DNA of 64,000 nt, taken from positions 41,127,367 to 41,191,366 of the forward strand of contig NC_090394.1 of assembly GCF_036365525.1 (NCBI RefSeq), in the 5' to 3' direction. The stretch is from Heterodontus francisci (Eukaryota). The translations under genes were made by a program, and so were the position numbers. Under the pieces are notes generated by a model. The model did not search any database and was not told the DNA's origin. It saw nothing but the letters and a program-made list of their open reading frames with translations. Positions within the stretch are counted from its first letter, which is position 1. Each line of letters starts with the position of its first letter. Positions 29,773 through 44,700 of the stretch are shown here, piece after piece.

Positions 29773-32700
29773 CTGCTCCAGAAATAAATTCATTTAAAAG
29801 AGAAAAAGTGAGAAACAACTACTTTACCCACTGCTGTTGTTCCTGAGCTGAGTAATTTAAACAACCAACACTGCAGCGTGATCACTCAACTTTATGAGAG
29901 CTTGGGGACATTTTAATCTAACACCCACCAGGAGACTGACAGGACTGGATCAGGTGCTTGTTTTACACTCCCACCCAATTTTAATTTCCTTCAGCTTCAA
30001 TGGAAAGTAAAGTCAGGGTGGGCTGTGAAATTGGGGTGGTCGATTCAAATTCCAGTTTCCCAGCAGATGGATTTGGTTAAAATGATCTCTGTGCCACTTT
30101 GATCAGTGTAAATGTAATGCAGTGGGATCCGATTCAGCAACTGGAGTCATATTGGTTCCTATGATCTACATTAAAGCTTTGTGTTACTGGATACAAACAA
30201 CCTGCTGAGGTAGCAGGAATAGTGGTGGGGGAGGGTAGGAGTCAATAATGCCTATGGGAAAACTGATTGGAGAAAAAAAAAAGAGCCAACTGATCGCGTT
30301 GTCAACAATTGCGGTCAAAATAGAAACACAGGTTGATGCCTGATATTTGATACAGAACTAGATTCCCACTCTACTTCATTTTGGATTCACATAGTTGATG
30401 TAGATTGCCTCTCACTCTACAGAACTCTAATCCATGGAACTGATACGGGTTAGCTTCCTTGGAAGTCACAGTTGTTTAACCATGCACCAAACAGGGGGGT
30501 GGGAGAAAGGCACTTACACAGGAACCCTTCCAGAGAGCTGGATGAATATGTGTGTTTAGGATAAAGAGACCCCAACTAATATCCAATTGAGATCAGCTAA
30601 TTTAGAAGACTTAGGACTGAACCAGAAACATTCTAGTGTACAACCCTGTAACACTGATCATCGAGGGGCACTTTTGTAAAGGAGGGCATCGATGCCTATG
30701 TAATAGAGAATGCACTTTACCTTCCACTGCATTCCAGAGGAAGTGTGTATGACATGACAGGTCTACTTTTGCCATTCATGGGATTAACACCAACCATTCT
30801 CAAAACACAGACTCTCCTTCCAACAGATCCATTACAGGTGCCAACATACCGGTGACTGAGGAGAATGAATAATATACCCTAAAATACATAAATAAAAAAA
30901 ATTAAATATTTACTTGCAAATGATTACTGTCAAGTTTTTATTTTGAAGATCTGTTTTTGCTGCTGCGCTAGGAGCTGTGTTTATAATTCTATCCATTTGT
31001 AGTTAGAGCCACTGCTTTAGAGCAAGTCCCTTTCTATTTTACTACAAGGGATTCTGGGATTTTAATCTTTGCTTTGCAGATTGCATGCTGCAATTCTGTC
31101 CATTTTTTCTGCAAAATTCACAAACTTGATCATAAATGAACTCGGACAGAAATGCAACTGCAAAGATAACAAATCTGCAAATGTCAAAAATATACAGCAG
31201 GACTGTCAGCAGCTGCACAGTTGGGGTGGGTGGGGCAGGGAAGATGGTACGTTTTCAGGTATTGACCCTTGATCAGATGTCACATTTAACAAAGGAGTGA
31301 CATGCAAAACATTTAATTTTTCTTGTCTCCTTACTGGTGCAGATAGTTTTGTTGTGTATTTCTAGCATTTGCAGTTTTTAATGCAAGCTGTTTCATCAAG
31401 TGATCAGTCAACTAGTCCAGGCCTTGTACAGTTCTCAAATTGCAAAGTGAATGAAATTAAATATGAACATGCAAACATATATAAATCCTGTTCATCCAGG
31501 GATGTGGAGACCGTACCACAGGTGCATATCTGCATCTTGAAACAGTTTATTAAAAGCAAACAGCCCATTTCCATAAATGGAGGGTTTTTTTTGTTGGAAT
31601 AGTTTACTCTCAAATAATCGGGACTTTAGATAAAACATCAATGCTTCTTGCTCTCAGCGTCAGCCCTCCATGAATTAAATGTAGAGCAAAGCTCACCCCT
31701 AAATTTAGACAAGCAGCTCCCTACTCTATCAGACTGGCATTTACTGTTTCCAACATTAGACATTCTGTGGCCTCTGAAGTTCACACTTACATGCAACATG
31801 ATGCCAGTTTTGTGCTGTGGATTTGCACCAACCAGGAACCTGTTAAATTTACCAGTTAAGACCCTTAAAAACAAACATTTTTCCTTCCATCTGTCTGAAC
31901 TGGATTCAAAGCTAATGTTTCAGAGGTGACTGGGTCTCTCCCTCACAATACTTCCTCTCGTCACAGAAACCTGTATTACATGCAGCATCTTATTTACTTC
32001 CCGGTCCCCGCTGTCATTAAATCCACACTGCGATACAACTCCTATCCTGCTAATCTGCTGTCAATGCCCTCCCCTCAATCAGAAGTAGAAATGTCACAAA
32101 CTAGTATTACCAGCTCTGCAGTTATAAAGATATAAATACTGCTCCTTACAGACTCTGAATAGGCCTTCTGGCAGACAGTGCCAGGGTAGCTTTCACTTAA
32201 ATGGATCTTCTTCAGGAGATGGCCAGTCTTTAAGTTCCTAAGAGGTAAACACACAAATCAATCTGAACAGAGTTTCTCTCCTAACAAACATCTGGTGAAC
32301 TAAAACAATGAGGCGATGCAGACAGAAAGCAGGGAGAGGAGTTAAACAGAAGAGGCTGTGAGAATACTGGGATTAAAACACCTGCAGTAGTTTAAATTGT
32401 ACTTTTATATAGTGATTTACTGTGTGTCAGAAATACCTCAAACTGCTTCACATACTTTTTATTCCATTGAAGTATATTGTTACTGTGATGGCAAAAGCAG
32501 CAACCTTTTTGTTTTAAACACAGCAAGATCCATTACAGCAGTGAAATTAAAGACTGATTAATCTGTTTAGTGTTGGCTGAGGGAGGAATGTTGGCATAGA
32601 CATTTGGAGAACTCGTTGGTCAGGTGCAGATAACCACATGGGAATATGATGTTGTGCGGATAAGAGACACCTGGCTCATAAAGGCACAGAACTGGTACTG

Positions 32701-35700
32701 AATATTCCTGGATATAAAGTGTTCAGGAAAGATTGGGAAGGTATGAAAGGAGGAGGGGTGGCAGTATTCATTAAGGAGAATATTACTGTGCTGGAGAGAG
32801 AGGATGTCCTGGAGAGGTTGAGTTAAGAAACGACATGCCATTACACTACTCTATAATGGGAAAAATATAGAGGAGAAATTTGCAAGGAAATTACAGAGAT
32901 ATGCAAAATCTATATACAGTAGTGATAATGAGGGGACTTCAATTATCCTAATAAAGACTGGGATAGGAAGAGTGTAAAGGGAAGAGAGAGAGAAGAGTTT
33001 CCGAAGTGTGTTCAGGAGAATTTTCTATAGCAGTGCATTTCCAGCCCAGCAAGGGAGAAGGCATTGCTGCATCTGGTTCTGGGGAATGAGGTAGATCAAG
33101 TGTCAACCGGGGAACATTTAGGGAACAGTGATCATTGTTTCGTTAGGTTTAGATTAGCAGCAATCTAGAGTAAAAAAGGAGGGCCTTTCTCACTGGGCTG
33201 AGAATGATTCTAGTTTACCCAGGACAGATCCAAAGATTGGAGGCAAGTCATAGAGAGATACAGCACTGAAACAGGCCCTTCAGCCCACCGAGTCTGTGCT
33301 GACCAACAACCACCCATTTATACTAACCCTACATTAATCCCATATTCCCTACCACATCCCCACCTTCCCTCAATTCTCCTACCACCTACCTACACTACAG
33401 GCAATTTATAATGGCCAATTTACCCATCAACCTGCAAGTCTTTGGCTGTGAGAGGAAACTGAAGCACCTGGCGGAAACCCATGCGGTCACAGGGAGAACT
33501 TGCAAACTCCGCACAGGCAGTACCCAGAACTGAACCCAGGTTGCTGGAGCTGTGAGGCTGCAGTGCTAACCACTGTGCCGCCCAAGTCTATAAATTGAAC
33601 AAAGGGCTTTTAAAATGATGATTCAGGTACAAATCGAGGTACATCCCCACAAGGGGGAATGATAGGGCAACCAAAGCCAGAGCTCCCTGGATGACAAAAG
33701 AAATAGAGAGTATGATGAAGCAGAAAAAGGGGGCATATGACAGTTGTCAGGTTGATAATACAAGTGAGAACCAGGCTAAATATAGAAAGTTCAGAGAAGA
33801 AATGAGAAAGGAAATAAGAAGGGCAAAAGGAGAGTATGAGAAGAGACTGGCAGCTAAGATAAAAGGGAATCCAAAAGTCTATCAGCATATTAGTAAAAGG
33901 GTAGCAAGAGACGGGGTAGCGCCAATTAGGGACCAAAAGGGAGACCTACACGTTGAAGCAGAGGGTATGGCTAAATGGACATTTTGCATCTGTCTTTACC
34001 AAGGAAGATGATGCTACCAAAGCATAGCGAAAGCGGAGATACTCAATGGGCTAAAATTTGATAAAGCAGAGGTACTAGAAAATCTGTCTTTACATAAAAT
34101 TGTTAATTCACCTGGACCAGATGGGATGCATCTGAGGATGCTCAGGGAAGTAAAGGGGGAAACTGCAGAGGTATCAGCCCCAATCTTCTAATGCTCCTTA
34201 GATACAGAGGTGGTTCCAGAGGACTGGAGAATTGCAAATGTTCCCCACTTGTTCAAAAAAAGGGTATAAGGGTAAGCCCAACAACTACAGACCAGTCAGT
34301 TTAACCTCAGTAGTGGGAAAGCTTTTTAGAAACAATAATCTGAGACAAAATTAACAGTCACTTGGACAAGTATAGATTAATTAAGGCAAGCCAGCATGGA
34401 TTTGTTAAAGGTAAATAGTGTTTAACTAACCTGATTGAGCTTTTTGAAGAGGTAACAGACAGGGTTGTTGAGGTGCATGTGAACTTTCAAAGGCTTTTGA
34501 TAAAGTGCCAAATAGGCTGTCAGCAGAGCTGAAGCTCATGGAATAAAAGGGAAAGTGGCAGCACGGACACAAAGTTGGCTGAGTGACAGGAAACAGAAAG
34601 TAGAGGTGAATAATTGTTTTTAGGACTGGAGGAAGGTATACAGTGGGGTTCTCCAGGAGCTGGTACTAGCACTACTACTCTTCTTGATCTAAATTAATGA
34701 CTTAGACTTGGGTGCACACGGAAGAATTTCAAAATTTGCAGATGATACGAAGTTCGGAAGTATACTGAACTGTGAGGAGGATAGGTGATAGATTTCAAGG
34801 GGACAGACAAGCTGATGGAATGGGCAAACACGTGGCAGATGAAATTTAACAGAGAAGTGTGAAGTGGTACATTTTGGTAGGAAGAATGAGGAGAGGCAAT
34901 ATAAACTAAAATGTACAATTCTAAAGGGGATACAGGACCAGAGAGCTGGGAGTACAAGTGCACAAATTGTTGCAGGTAGCAGGGCAGGTTGAGAAAGTGG
35001 TTCAAAAGGCATATTGGATCCTGAACTTTATAAATAGGGGCATAGAGTGCAAAAGCAAGGAAGTGAAGATAAATCTGTATAAAACACTGGTTTGGCCTCA
35101 ACTGGAATATTGTGTCCAATTCTGGGCATCTCACTTTAGGCAGGATGTGAAGACTTTAGAGAGGGTGCTGAAAAGGTTTATGAGAACAGTTCCAGGGGTG
35201 AGGGACTTCAGTTATGTGGATAGATTGGAGAATCTGGGGTTTATCTCCTTAGAGGTGAGAATGTTGAGAGGAGGTTTGAAAGAGCTGTTCAAAATCATGA
35301 AGGGTCGAAACTGAGTAGACAGAGAGAAATTGTTCCCACTGGCAGAAGGGTCAAGAACCAGAGAACACAGATTCAATGTGATAGGCTAAAGGTGACATGA
35401 AGAAAAACTTTATGCAGCTGAATGGCCTCCTCCTACGCTGTAACCATTCTATGAACTTCTTGCTCTTCAATCAGTAGTAGTCAGGGCCTGGGTTAATGTC
35501 ACACCCAAAAGATAGCATCTGCAACATGGTGGCACTCTCCAAGTACTGCACTGGAGTGTCAGCTCATGTCCTTGATAGAGGTTCAAATTTACAACCTTCT
35601 TACCCATAAGTGAGAATGCTACCAGCCGATCCAAGCTGACACCATCCTCCAGTGGTCGACTCATACGTTTTGAAACTCTGATTAAATGGCAAGATTACAC

Positions 35701-38700
35701 TTAAGAAACCTGGTGTTGCTACTTTAATATTTTAGACACAGCCAAAGCAGCTCGTACAGACATCTACTATTAATTCTTGATGAGTTTGTTGGTGTACAAG
35801 GCAGGTGATATGTACAGAATACAGGCTTTCAAGGAAGGTGAGGGATGTGTGGTCCACAAATGTCGAATGTCACATTAGAAGAGAATGCCCATCACACAGA
35901 TTTAAAAATATCAATCCAATGAAAACTCGACTTAAAAATTTACCACAATCTAACAATGGTGCAACAGGCTTGAGTGGCTTACTCTGGTTCCTGTGTTCCT
36001 ACCTCCAAGATTGATAGAGGGAAAAAACAAAAAGGGGGTTTAAAACATTGTTAGAGACACCAAAATGATAGGAAAAAGAGGTTTGTCAAGATTAATTTTC
36101 CTTTTTTCCTCTACCATAAGTGAAAATAAAGGAAAAAATGAGAACGAGGGACATTGTGTATGAGAAAGGAACAACAGAGACGGCAAGGCAGGCAGAACCA
36201 GCTGAATCAGGATTGTGTATTTTAACATTTTAGGGTTAGTAAGACTACTTCTGATGAGAGTAGTTTATTACTGCAAGATATTTATACGACTAATTTAAGC
36301 CTCACTGCACAAGCTGAAATCTTTGTAGAAAACAGTCAGGCGAGGACGACAGGACTTGTCCAGCTAAAGGGATAGTTAGAGTCAACGAATGAATCAGAAA
36401 CGACTTGTACATCTGATACTCTAATCCAGTGAGAGGGAATCATGCACTTACCAGATGACAATATTGCTCATTATAGTTGATCCAATCAAAGCTTCTGTCT
36501 CCCCTTCTACTTCACTGAAAGCTAGTACCATCTCATTGGGTGGGATCAGCTGCATGCATCGCTCACTCCTAACCATAGGAATTCAGACAGATAGTCACAA
36601 AACTGCAATTACCTCACAAAATATTTCTTCTCTCCTCATGCCTTCCGCCAGCTGCATACAGGCACAATTTTGCTGTTTGAGGGCTGAGAAAGGACCTCTT
36701 CACGGTTCTTTACTAATATCAGGTTTGGGAAATGAGAAACCATTCAAGTTGCGAGTCTTGAAGGTGATGAGTCATGGGGAACCACAGTCTCCTGCAGCTT
36801 GCTTGATTAAATAGTGCTATCATAGTACACATATCCACTATCACACCTGGATCACTTGACTTTACCAAGTTGACATGAGCCTTACCTTTTGTAACATTAA
36901 CTCAAGAGGGTCAGAAAGCAGCCACAATAAGAAATAGGAGCAGGAGTAAGCAGTTTGGCTCTGCTCTGCAATTCAATCCACAATCATGGTTGATCTTCGA
37001 CCACAACACTCTCCTACACAATCTCCATATCCCTTAATTTCCTTAGTATCCAAAAAATCTATTGATCATTCTTGAATATACACAATGTTTGAACATCCAC
37101 AGCTCTCTGGGGTACAGAACTCCAAAGATTCACAACACTTCAAGTGAATAAATTTCTCTTCATCTCAGTCTAAATGGCCAACCTCATATTGAGACAATAC
37201 ATTTATCAGTCAGATCTAGATTGCCTGGACATTGAGTTGACATCAGATTATACTAACAAGAGGTTTTAACCAATCATTCCATTTGACCGACCTTCCTTCC
37301 CTCTATGCAGACTTGCCCGTCTTCCTTTATGTTTTGACCTAGTGGTCTATAAAAAACCCTTGTTACCTTTGCTCCCAGCAAGAATACATACTTTCAGCAT
37401 GCTCTCTGGGATGGTTGTCCTCCATCAGTGACTCCACTTTCTTCACCTCTTAGTGTTCCAACATGTAGAACTACTTCCCCCTCTTCCTTGTTTCATCTAT
37501 TACTCTTGAACCCTCTAAACCCTTGTATCTTGCACTATTTTAATGCTGGAAACAAGCATCAGACACACAACACCTAACTAACATGTTCTACTGCTTTAAG
37601 ATATTGCTGACCAAGCAAATCAAAACAAAAACAAGATAAAGAACAAATAACATATCAGATTCTGACCTTCCTTCTTTGGACAGGGTGCTCAGTTCTATGT
37701 GTTGACTCTGGAGAGTGCCACAAGAGCAGACCAGCCTCCTTCCAGGCAGTCCAAGCACTGCGTTTATATCTCCCTCCTGCAGCAAGGTGTGTTCCAAGCA
37801 GCCTCTCTCCGTGGAGTGTAAAACTCTTAAAACAAAGAGGAGCAGTAGAAAAATCAGCCATGTTTCAAGACAGAGGGGTGTTGCCCGTTTTCAACATCTC
37901 CATGAATGAAGCTGTAAATTCACTTGAATCATTAGGATTGTAGTAGCACAGTAGATAAAAATAATGGATATAAAAGTGAAGCTCTCTCGACGCTGTCCCA
38001 ACAAACACTCCCTGGGCAGGTAGAGCATGGGTTAGATGCAGAATAAAGATGCTCCTACACTGTTCCATCAAACACCCCCAAGGGAAGGTACAGCATGCCG
38101 GGATATTGTATTTTAACTGAAGTCATTCTGTTATACAAAGGAATAGCTGCACATGCTTATAAAATTCAAGTTATACTGCCTTTAAAATTCTGTCCAAATA
38201 TTAATGCACTTTAACATTAATCACCCCCTATGACATGGCAGATGGGGGGGCGAGGGGGAGTCGGGGGGGGGGAGAGGAGTAAGAGGGGGGAGGGCCGAAC
38301 ACCTTGCTGGTGGCGGGTGCGCTCTCCTCCTTCCCCCTGCCACCCACTCCCGACCCCCGACCTCTCGCTCACCGCCCGCTTGCCACACCCCAGACGGCTG
38401 GCTTACTCACCCGCCCACTCATTTACTGCCCGCCCGCTGGCTCGCTCCCCTCCCTGGCCCGATCGCTCCCTCCCTTCTCTCCCTCCCTTCCCCGGCCATT
38501 GTGTGCTGCCATATGTTTAGATTGCCATCGTGTGATTATTTGATCAGCACCATCTTTAATCCTGGCAGCTGCCTCACGTCGCAGACTGCGACGTTTTAAT
38601 GGCACAGGCTGCATTTGCGCATGTGCCATTGCAGCGCCACCTAGTGGTGGCGTTGTCAGCAAACGCAGTCTATTTTTAAACTGTGCCCTAGTTTTAGATT

Positions 38701-41700
38701 CCCCCACAAGCGGAAACATCCTCTTAGCATCTACCCTGTCAAGCCCTCTCAGAATCTTCTATTTTTCAATAAGATCACCTCTCATTCTTCTAAACTCCAA
38801 TGAGTATAGGCTCAACCTTTCTTCATAAGACAATCCCTTCACCCCAGGATTCAGCCTAGAGAACCTTCTCTGAACTGCGTCCAATGCAAGCATATCCCTC
38901 CTTAAGGGGAACAAAACTTTAAACAGTACTCTAGGTGCAGTCTCATCAATGCCATGTACAGTTGTAACAAGGCTTCCCTACATTTTACTTCATCCCCCTT
39001 CCCAACATTCCATTTGCCTTCCCAATTACTTGCTGTACCTGCATGCTTTGTGATTCATGTACACGGACACCCAGATCTCTCTGTACCACAGCCTCTCTTT
39101 AAATAATTCTGCTTTCTAATCTTCCCAAAGTGGACATTATACTCCAGCTGCCAAATTTCTGCCCACTCACTTAACCTATCTATATCCCTTTGCAGACTCT
39201 GTGTCTGCCTCACAACTTCCTTTTCTACTTACCTTTGTATAGTCAGTAAATTTGGCTATAACACACTGGGTCCCTTCATCCAAATCATATAGATCCTAAA
39301 TAGTTGAGGCCCCAGCACTGATCCCTGTGGCACTCCACTTGTTACAGTTTGCCAACCTGTAAATGGCCCTTTATCCTGACTTTGTTACCTGTTAGCCAAT
39401 CCTCTATCCATGCTAATGTATTACCCCCAACACCATGAGCTCTCATCTTGTGTAATAACCTGTTATGTGGCACCTTATCGAATGCTTTTTGGAAATCCAA
39501 ATTCACTACATCTACTGGTGGCCCTTTATCCACTCTGTTTGTCACATCCTCAAAGAACTCTAATAAATTTGTCAAACATCATTTCCCTTTCATAAAACCA
39601 TATTGACTCTGCCTGATTGCATTATGATTTTCTAAATGTCCTGCTACTATTTCCTCAATGATGGATTCTAGCATTTTCCCACTGACAGATGTTAGCTAAC
39701 TGGCCTATAGTTTCCTGCTTTCTGTCTCCCTCCTTTCTTGAATAGAGGTGTTACATTTGCAGTTTGTCAATCCGCTGGGAGCTTTCCAGAATCTAGGGAA
39801 TTTTGGAAGATTACAATCAATGCATCCACTATCTCTGCAGCCACTTCTTTTAAGACTTGAGGATGCAGGCCATCAGGTCCAGGGGACTTGTCAGCCTTTA
39901 GTCCCAGTTTTCCTCGTACTTTTTCTCTAGTGATAGAAGTTCCTCCTTCCCTTTTGCCTCTTGATTTTCTACTGTTCTTTGGATGCTTTTTGTGTCTTCT
40001 ACTGTGAAGACAAATACAAAATACTTGTTGAAAGTCTCTGCCATTTCCTTGTTTCCCATTATTAATTCCAGTCTCATCCTCTGAGCAACCAACTCTTACT
40101 TTAGCTACTCTTTTCCTTTTCATAACATGTAGAAACATTTACTGTCCGTTTTAATATTTCTTCCTAGTTTACATTCATACTCTAATTTCTCCCTCTATTT
40201 TTTTTTTAAAGCCATCCTTTGCTGGTTTCTAAATTTTTCCTAATCTTCTGGCCTACCACGAAACCTTAACTTCCTTAATTAACCACAGATAATGCATCCT
40301 TTCATAGTCTTTCTTTCTCAATGGAATATATCTTTGCTGAGAGTCATGAAGTATCTCTTAAAATGTCTACCACTGCTTCTCTACTGTCTTACCTTTTAAC
40401 CTATTTTCGCAGTCCACTTTAGCCAACTCTGTCTTCATACCTTTGTAATTGCCTTTATTTAAGTTTGAGACACTAGTTTCAGAACCAAATTTCTCACCCT
40501 CAAACTGAATGTGAAATTCTATCAGGTTATGATCACTCTTGCCTAGTAGATCCTTTGCTATGAGGTCATTAATTAATCCTGTCTCACTACACATTACCAG
40601 GTCTAAAACAGCCTGCTCCCTGGTTGGTTCCACAATGTACTGTTCCAAGAAACTGTCCCAAATACACTCTATGAACTCACCCTCCAGGCTACCGTTGACA
40701 ATTTGATTTGTCCAACTGATATGAAGACTAAAATTTCCCACAATTACCTTTCTTACATGCCATTATTTATTTATACTCTGTCCAACAGTGTGGCTACTGT
40801 TAGGGGGCCTATAAACTACTCCCACCAGTGACTTTTTTTCCTTTGTTATTTCTTATTTCCACCCAAACTGATTCTACATCTTGATCTTCTGAGCAAAGAT
40901 AATTTCTCACTACTGTACTGATCACATCCTTTATTAATAAAAGCTACCGCACCTCCTTTTCTTTTCTTCCTATCCTTCCGAAATGTCAAATACCCTTGAA
41001 TTTTCAGTTCCCAGCCTTGGTCACCTTGCAACCACATCTCTGTAATGGCTATCATATACTCATTTATTTCTATTTGTGCCATCAATTCATCTATCTTTCT
41101 ATCTGAATGCATGCAGCATTCGTAACAAGTCTTTAATTCTGTATTTTTACCATTTTTACCCTACTCTGATCTTATTTGCTGGTGCACTCTTATGCTTGGA
41201 TGTTCTGTGCCTTTCTATCACAGTCAGGTTTTTGTTACCCAGAACATTATCCTGCACTACTGCCTTGTCCAAATCTCCCCTCACGTGAACCCTCCCCTGA
41301 CTATTTAGTTTAAAGCCCTCTCGACAGCCCTAGTTATACGATTTACCAGTCGCTAAGAGGGGTATCTAATTGGGTCAGGGAAGACACTCCTGCTGCTTTC
41401 CCCACCCATTATGTCAGGAAGCACCTGGCCTCCGATATGTTTAGTTATAAAATGTAACAATATACTGTAGAATTGATTATTTTTATGAAAATAGCCAGTC
41501 TACGAAAGTATAACTACCACAAAAATTCCCAATTGCAAAATAAGTCAGAATACAAAACTGCTCCACAATTTTAAATTTAGCACAAACCCCCCACTTCTCT
41601 GCCAAATATCATTCGTGTGTTATCAACCAGTTCTGCAGTATTTTCACAGTTTTGTCAATGCACTTTGTAGCCTTACTTCACTTCCCTTATCTCCAGGCTT

Positions 41701-44700
41701 CCAAAGGCCACACACAGGATGTTCACAGAATCTGGAATGGGGATGAGTTCGATTATAGGAGCCTGCAAAAGTGAGAGTAGAAACCAAATCAACACAAAAA
41801 TCAGGCAAAAAATTCAAAAAGCAGAGGGCTCTTGCACCTCACTAGTGATCACAATTGTGAAGAGTCTTTTAAGCCCACTTCCTGCTCAGGTTTGATCCCA
41901 AAACATAGTACAAGCTTTACACAAAACCAAAATTACACAAAACTGGTCTGTGAACATAATCTCTTGGAAAAAGTGTTAACTTGCACTAAGACATCAGCGA
42001 CTTGTGATGTGAAACCAGATTAGGCCAAAGCAGAGACTCCAGATACATTCAGAGGAGCTCCTAATCACAGCCTTGTCACAGTAGGGAGGTGCCCAAGATG
42101 CCCCAAAAAGCTTCCTACTGACAGAGAATGAGGTGGTGGGGGAAAAGTAGAAGTAACAGATCGCTGGCCTGCTGTTCTGTGTCCTCCAGCAAATGGTTTA
42201 TCTGCTGGTCCCAATCTAGGGACACAATTATCTACCCTCCCTGCTATATCCATCTGCAGACTAGTGAATATGAAACACAAGGTAAATTGGAGGTTAAATA
42301 CCAAACACAAACACAATTAGGTTTGCTTTAAGCATACTACACAAGTTTAAAAGATGTTCGAGGCACTGTAAAAGTCATATCTGTTAGTAAGCCAGTAATA
42401 TTTTAGGGAGCTGGAGTATACCTTAATTTAGGAAGTTAAGGCTCCTCCCAACCTCGGTGGGGATGGGGGGGCGGGGGGGGGGGGGAAGGAATCTGGGTAT
42501 ACAAGACAAAACCTAAAAAGAATGGAGTGTGTATGTATATTAGTTACAGCCAGGTGAGAAGGGGACTAGGGATTCCCTCTCAGCCTTTGCCTGGTTTAAC
42601 CATAACGGGGTTTAATTTTTAAAAACACAATTTTTTTGGTTCCCCCTCAGTGAATCCTTTGTTCATTGCTTTCCAATTGCAAGGCAAAGAAATCAAATCA
42701 GACAGGTTTTCTCAGATTTACACAAGAAAGGTGGAAGTTTATTAATCTTAAACTCTAATTTGGTTAACGACTACGAATACGCGACGTGACCACGTTAGCA
42801 TGCATACGCAATAAACACACACGCAGATAGAGACAGAAAAATTAGAAAGAATAAAGGGGAAAAGTATGAGGCTTGTATGGGTTGTAATTAGTCCTTTGAG
42901 TTCAACGTGGAGTCTTTGGTTGACGGTAAGTCTTGCTGTTCGTTGGGGCCCAGTGCACACTTTAACTTGTTTCAATGTAAGAGTCTTCTCCCTCGAGGTC
43001 TAAGCGACTTCAGTGGGTCCGGAGGCTTGTGAGAAAGCAGGAAACAGCCAGCCAGGAGAGAGGTTCTCTTGTTCCAGGTTAAGTTGCAAACTGCAGTCTG
43101 ACTTCAAACTGTCCTGCGTCTAGTTCAAAAAGCTTGGACCAGCAGGTTAGTCATGTGACCAGCTGGTGTAACCACTCCTGCATTTGTGGATTCCAAAGTT
43201 CTCGGTTGGGGGGTGGGGTGGTGTAGTGCTATCTCTTGCCCCAACAAGATGTGCAGCACCATTGCCCAGCCCAATCTCTGTTAATTGAATCAGTGAGCAA
43301 TTCTTTTGTCTCTCCAAGCACCGTCTCTTAGTATGCAAATGTCCTCCAGCCAAGTGTCTGGTGATCTCTTTTTAAAGAAATCATTTCTTCACTCCAGCAA
43401 CAGTTTAAAATTCATTATATATATCAGTACTTTTTATTATTAATAACACACTGTTCCAACCTTTTCCAAAGACTCCATTGTGTGCGAAGACCCTCATTAG
43501 CTGATAGCTGTATGAAGATTCTTACATATCACAAGAGAGGCTGATAAGGCTCTAAATTTTATCATTTTGACAAGCTATCCATAATTCTGTCAGAATTTAA
43601 ATCATTTGAGTCAAACATTTATGTTAATGCTATTCAAAGTGAATTACTTAGCACGGAATCCTAGACCAGATCAGAAGATAATTCGCAACAAGAAAAATAC
43701 AAACATTCTTACCTTATCGAAGGTCCATGTATGGATATTAGTCCACTGGTTTAGCCCCTGTGGGGCCCACAGGAACACTGCTGTTTCGCAAGCACAGGCA
43801 ATACATAAAGTTCTGGCCTCTTTCAGCATCCAGAATACTGTACACAAGTCAATAACACAGGAAGTGGATGGATTCTACGAATACAAGTGATAAAACCATT
43901 TAGCCTCCTTAAATATTAATACAATGATAAGCTATTGCTATTACAGAGCAAGTCTGCTTCACAGTAGCAACCAGGGCTGCTGTACAGGACTGGTTTTATC
44001 AATGGAAAGCCTCTCCCACAAACTGCAAATATTGTGAAATCACACAGCTCCCTGTCAGGAGTGTGCATTCATAAAACCGTCCTCTATATCTACACCAGAA
44101 TCTTGATTAGAACAGGTATAAATTTGTCCTTTTATTGGCGCAAAAGCTCACCTTTCCTATTTAAAAGAAAACGATTGTTCCTCCTGCTCTTGCGATGGCT
44201 AATTTCTTGGGATTTTGTTCAACCAAACAGAATTCCAAGCATCACTCCGAGGGGCAAGTACAGAGCTTATCAATATTCTGAACCATTGAACCAGTTTTTA
44301 AACCAGGTTGCATCACTGCAGAGAAAACATTACCTTTTAAATTCTGGCATTGGTCTGTATTTACAAACCTGTATCTTGGAGATTAGCTGCAATGTTTGAT
44401 TCTTCAGTTTCTGCTCTAACTGGCTGTCAGGAAGAGCAGGAGTCAAGACAACATCGTTCTCCTACAAAAGAACCCCACAAAGTTAGTTAAAAGACTTTGA
44501 ATTCAAAAGAAAATCATTACACACAGCTTGCACAAGACAGTAGAAATTGCCAGATTCCAGGTGTGTACACAAAGTCAGTGCTGTCCCCCATCCATGTTTC
44601 AAAAATGAACCAAAGGTAAAAACTGCTAAGTTGCTAAAGCCTGGCTACCCGACCCGAACGCGACTAGACCCAACTACGTGTTGGGTTCGGGTCGGGTCGA

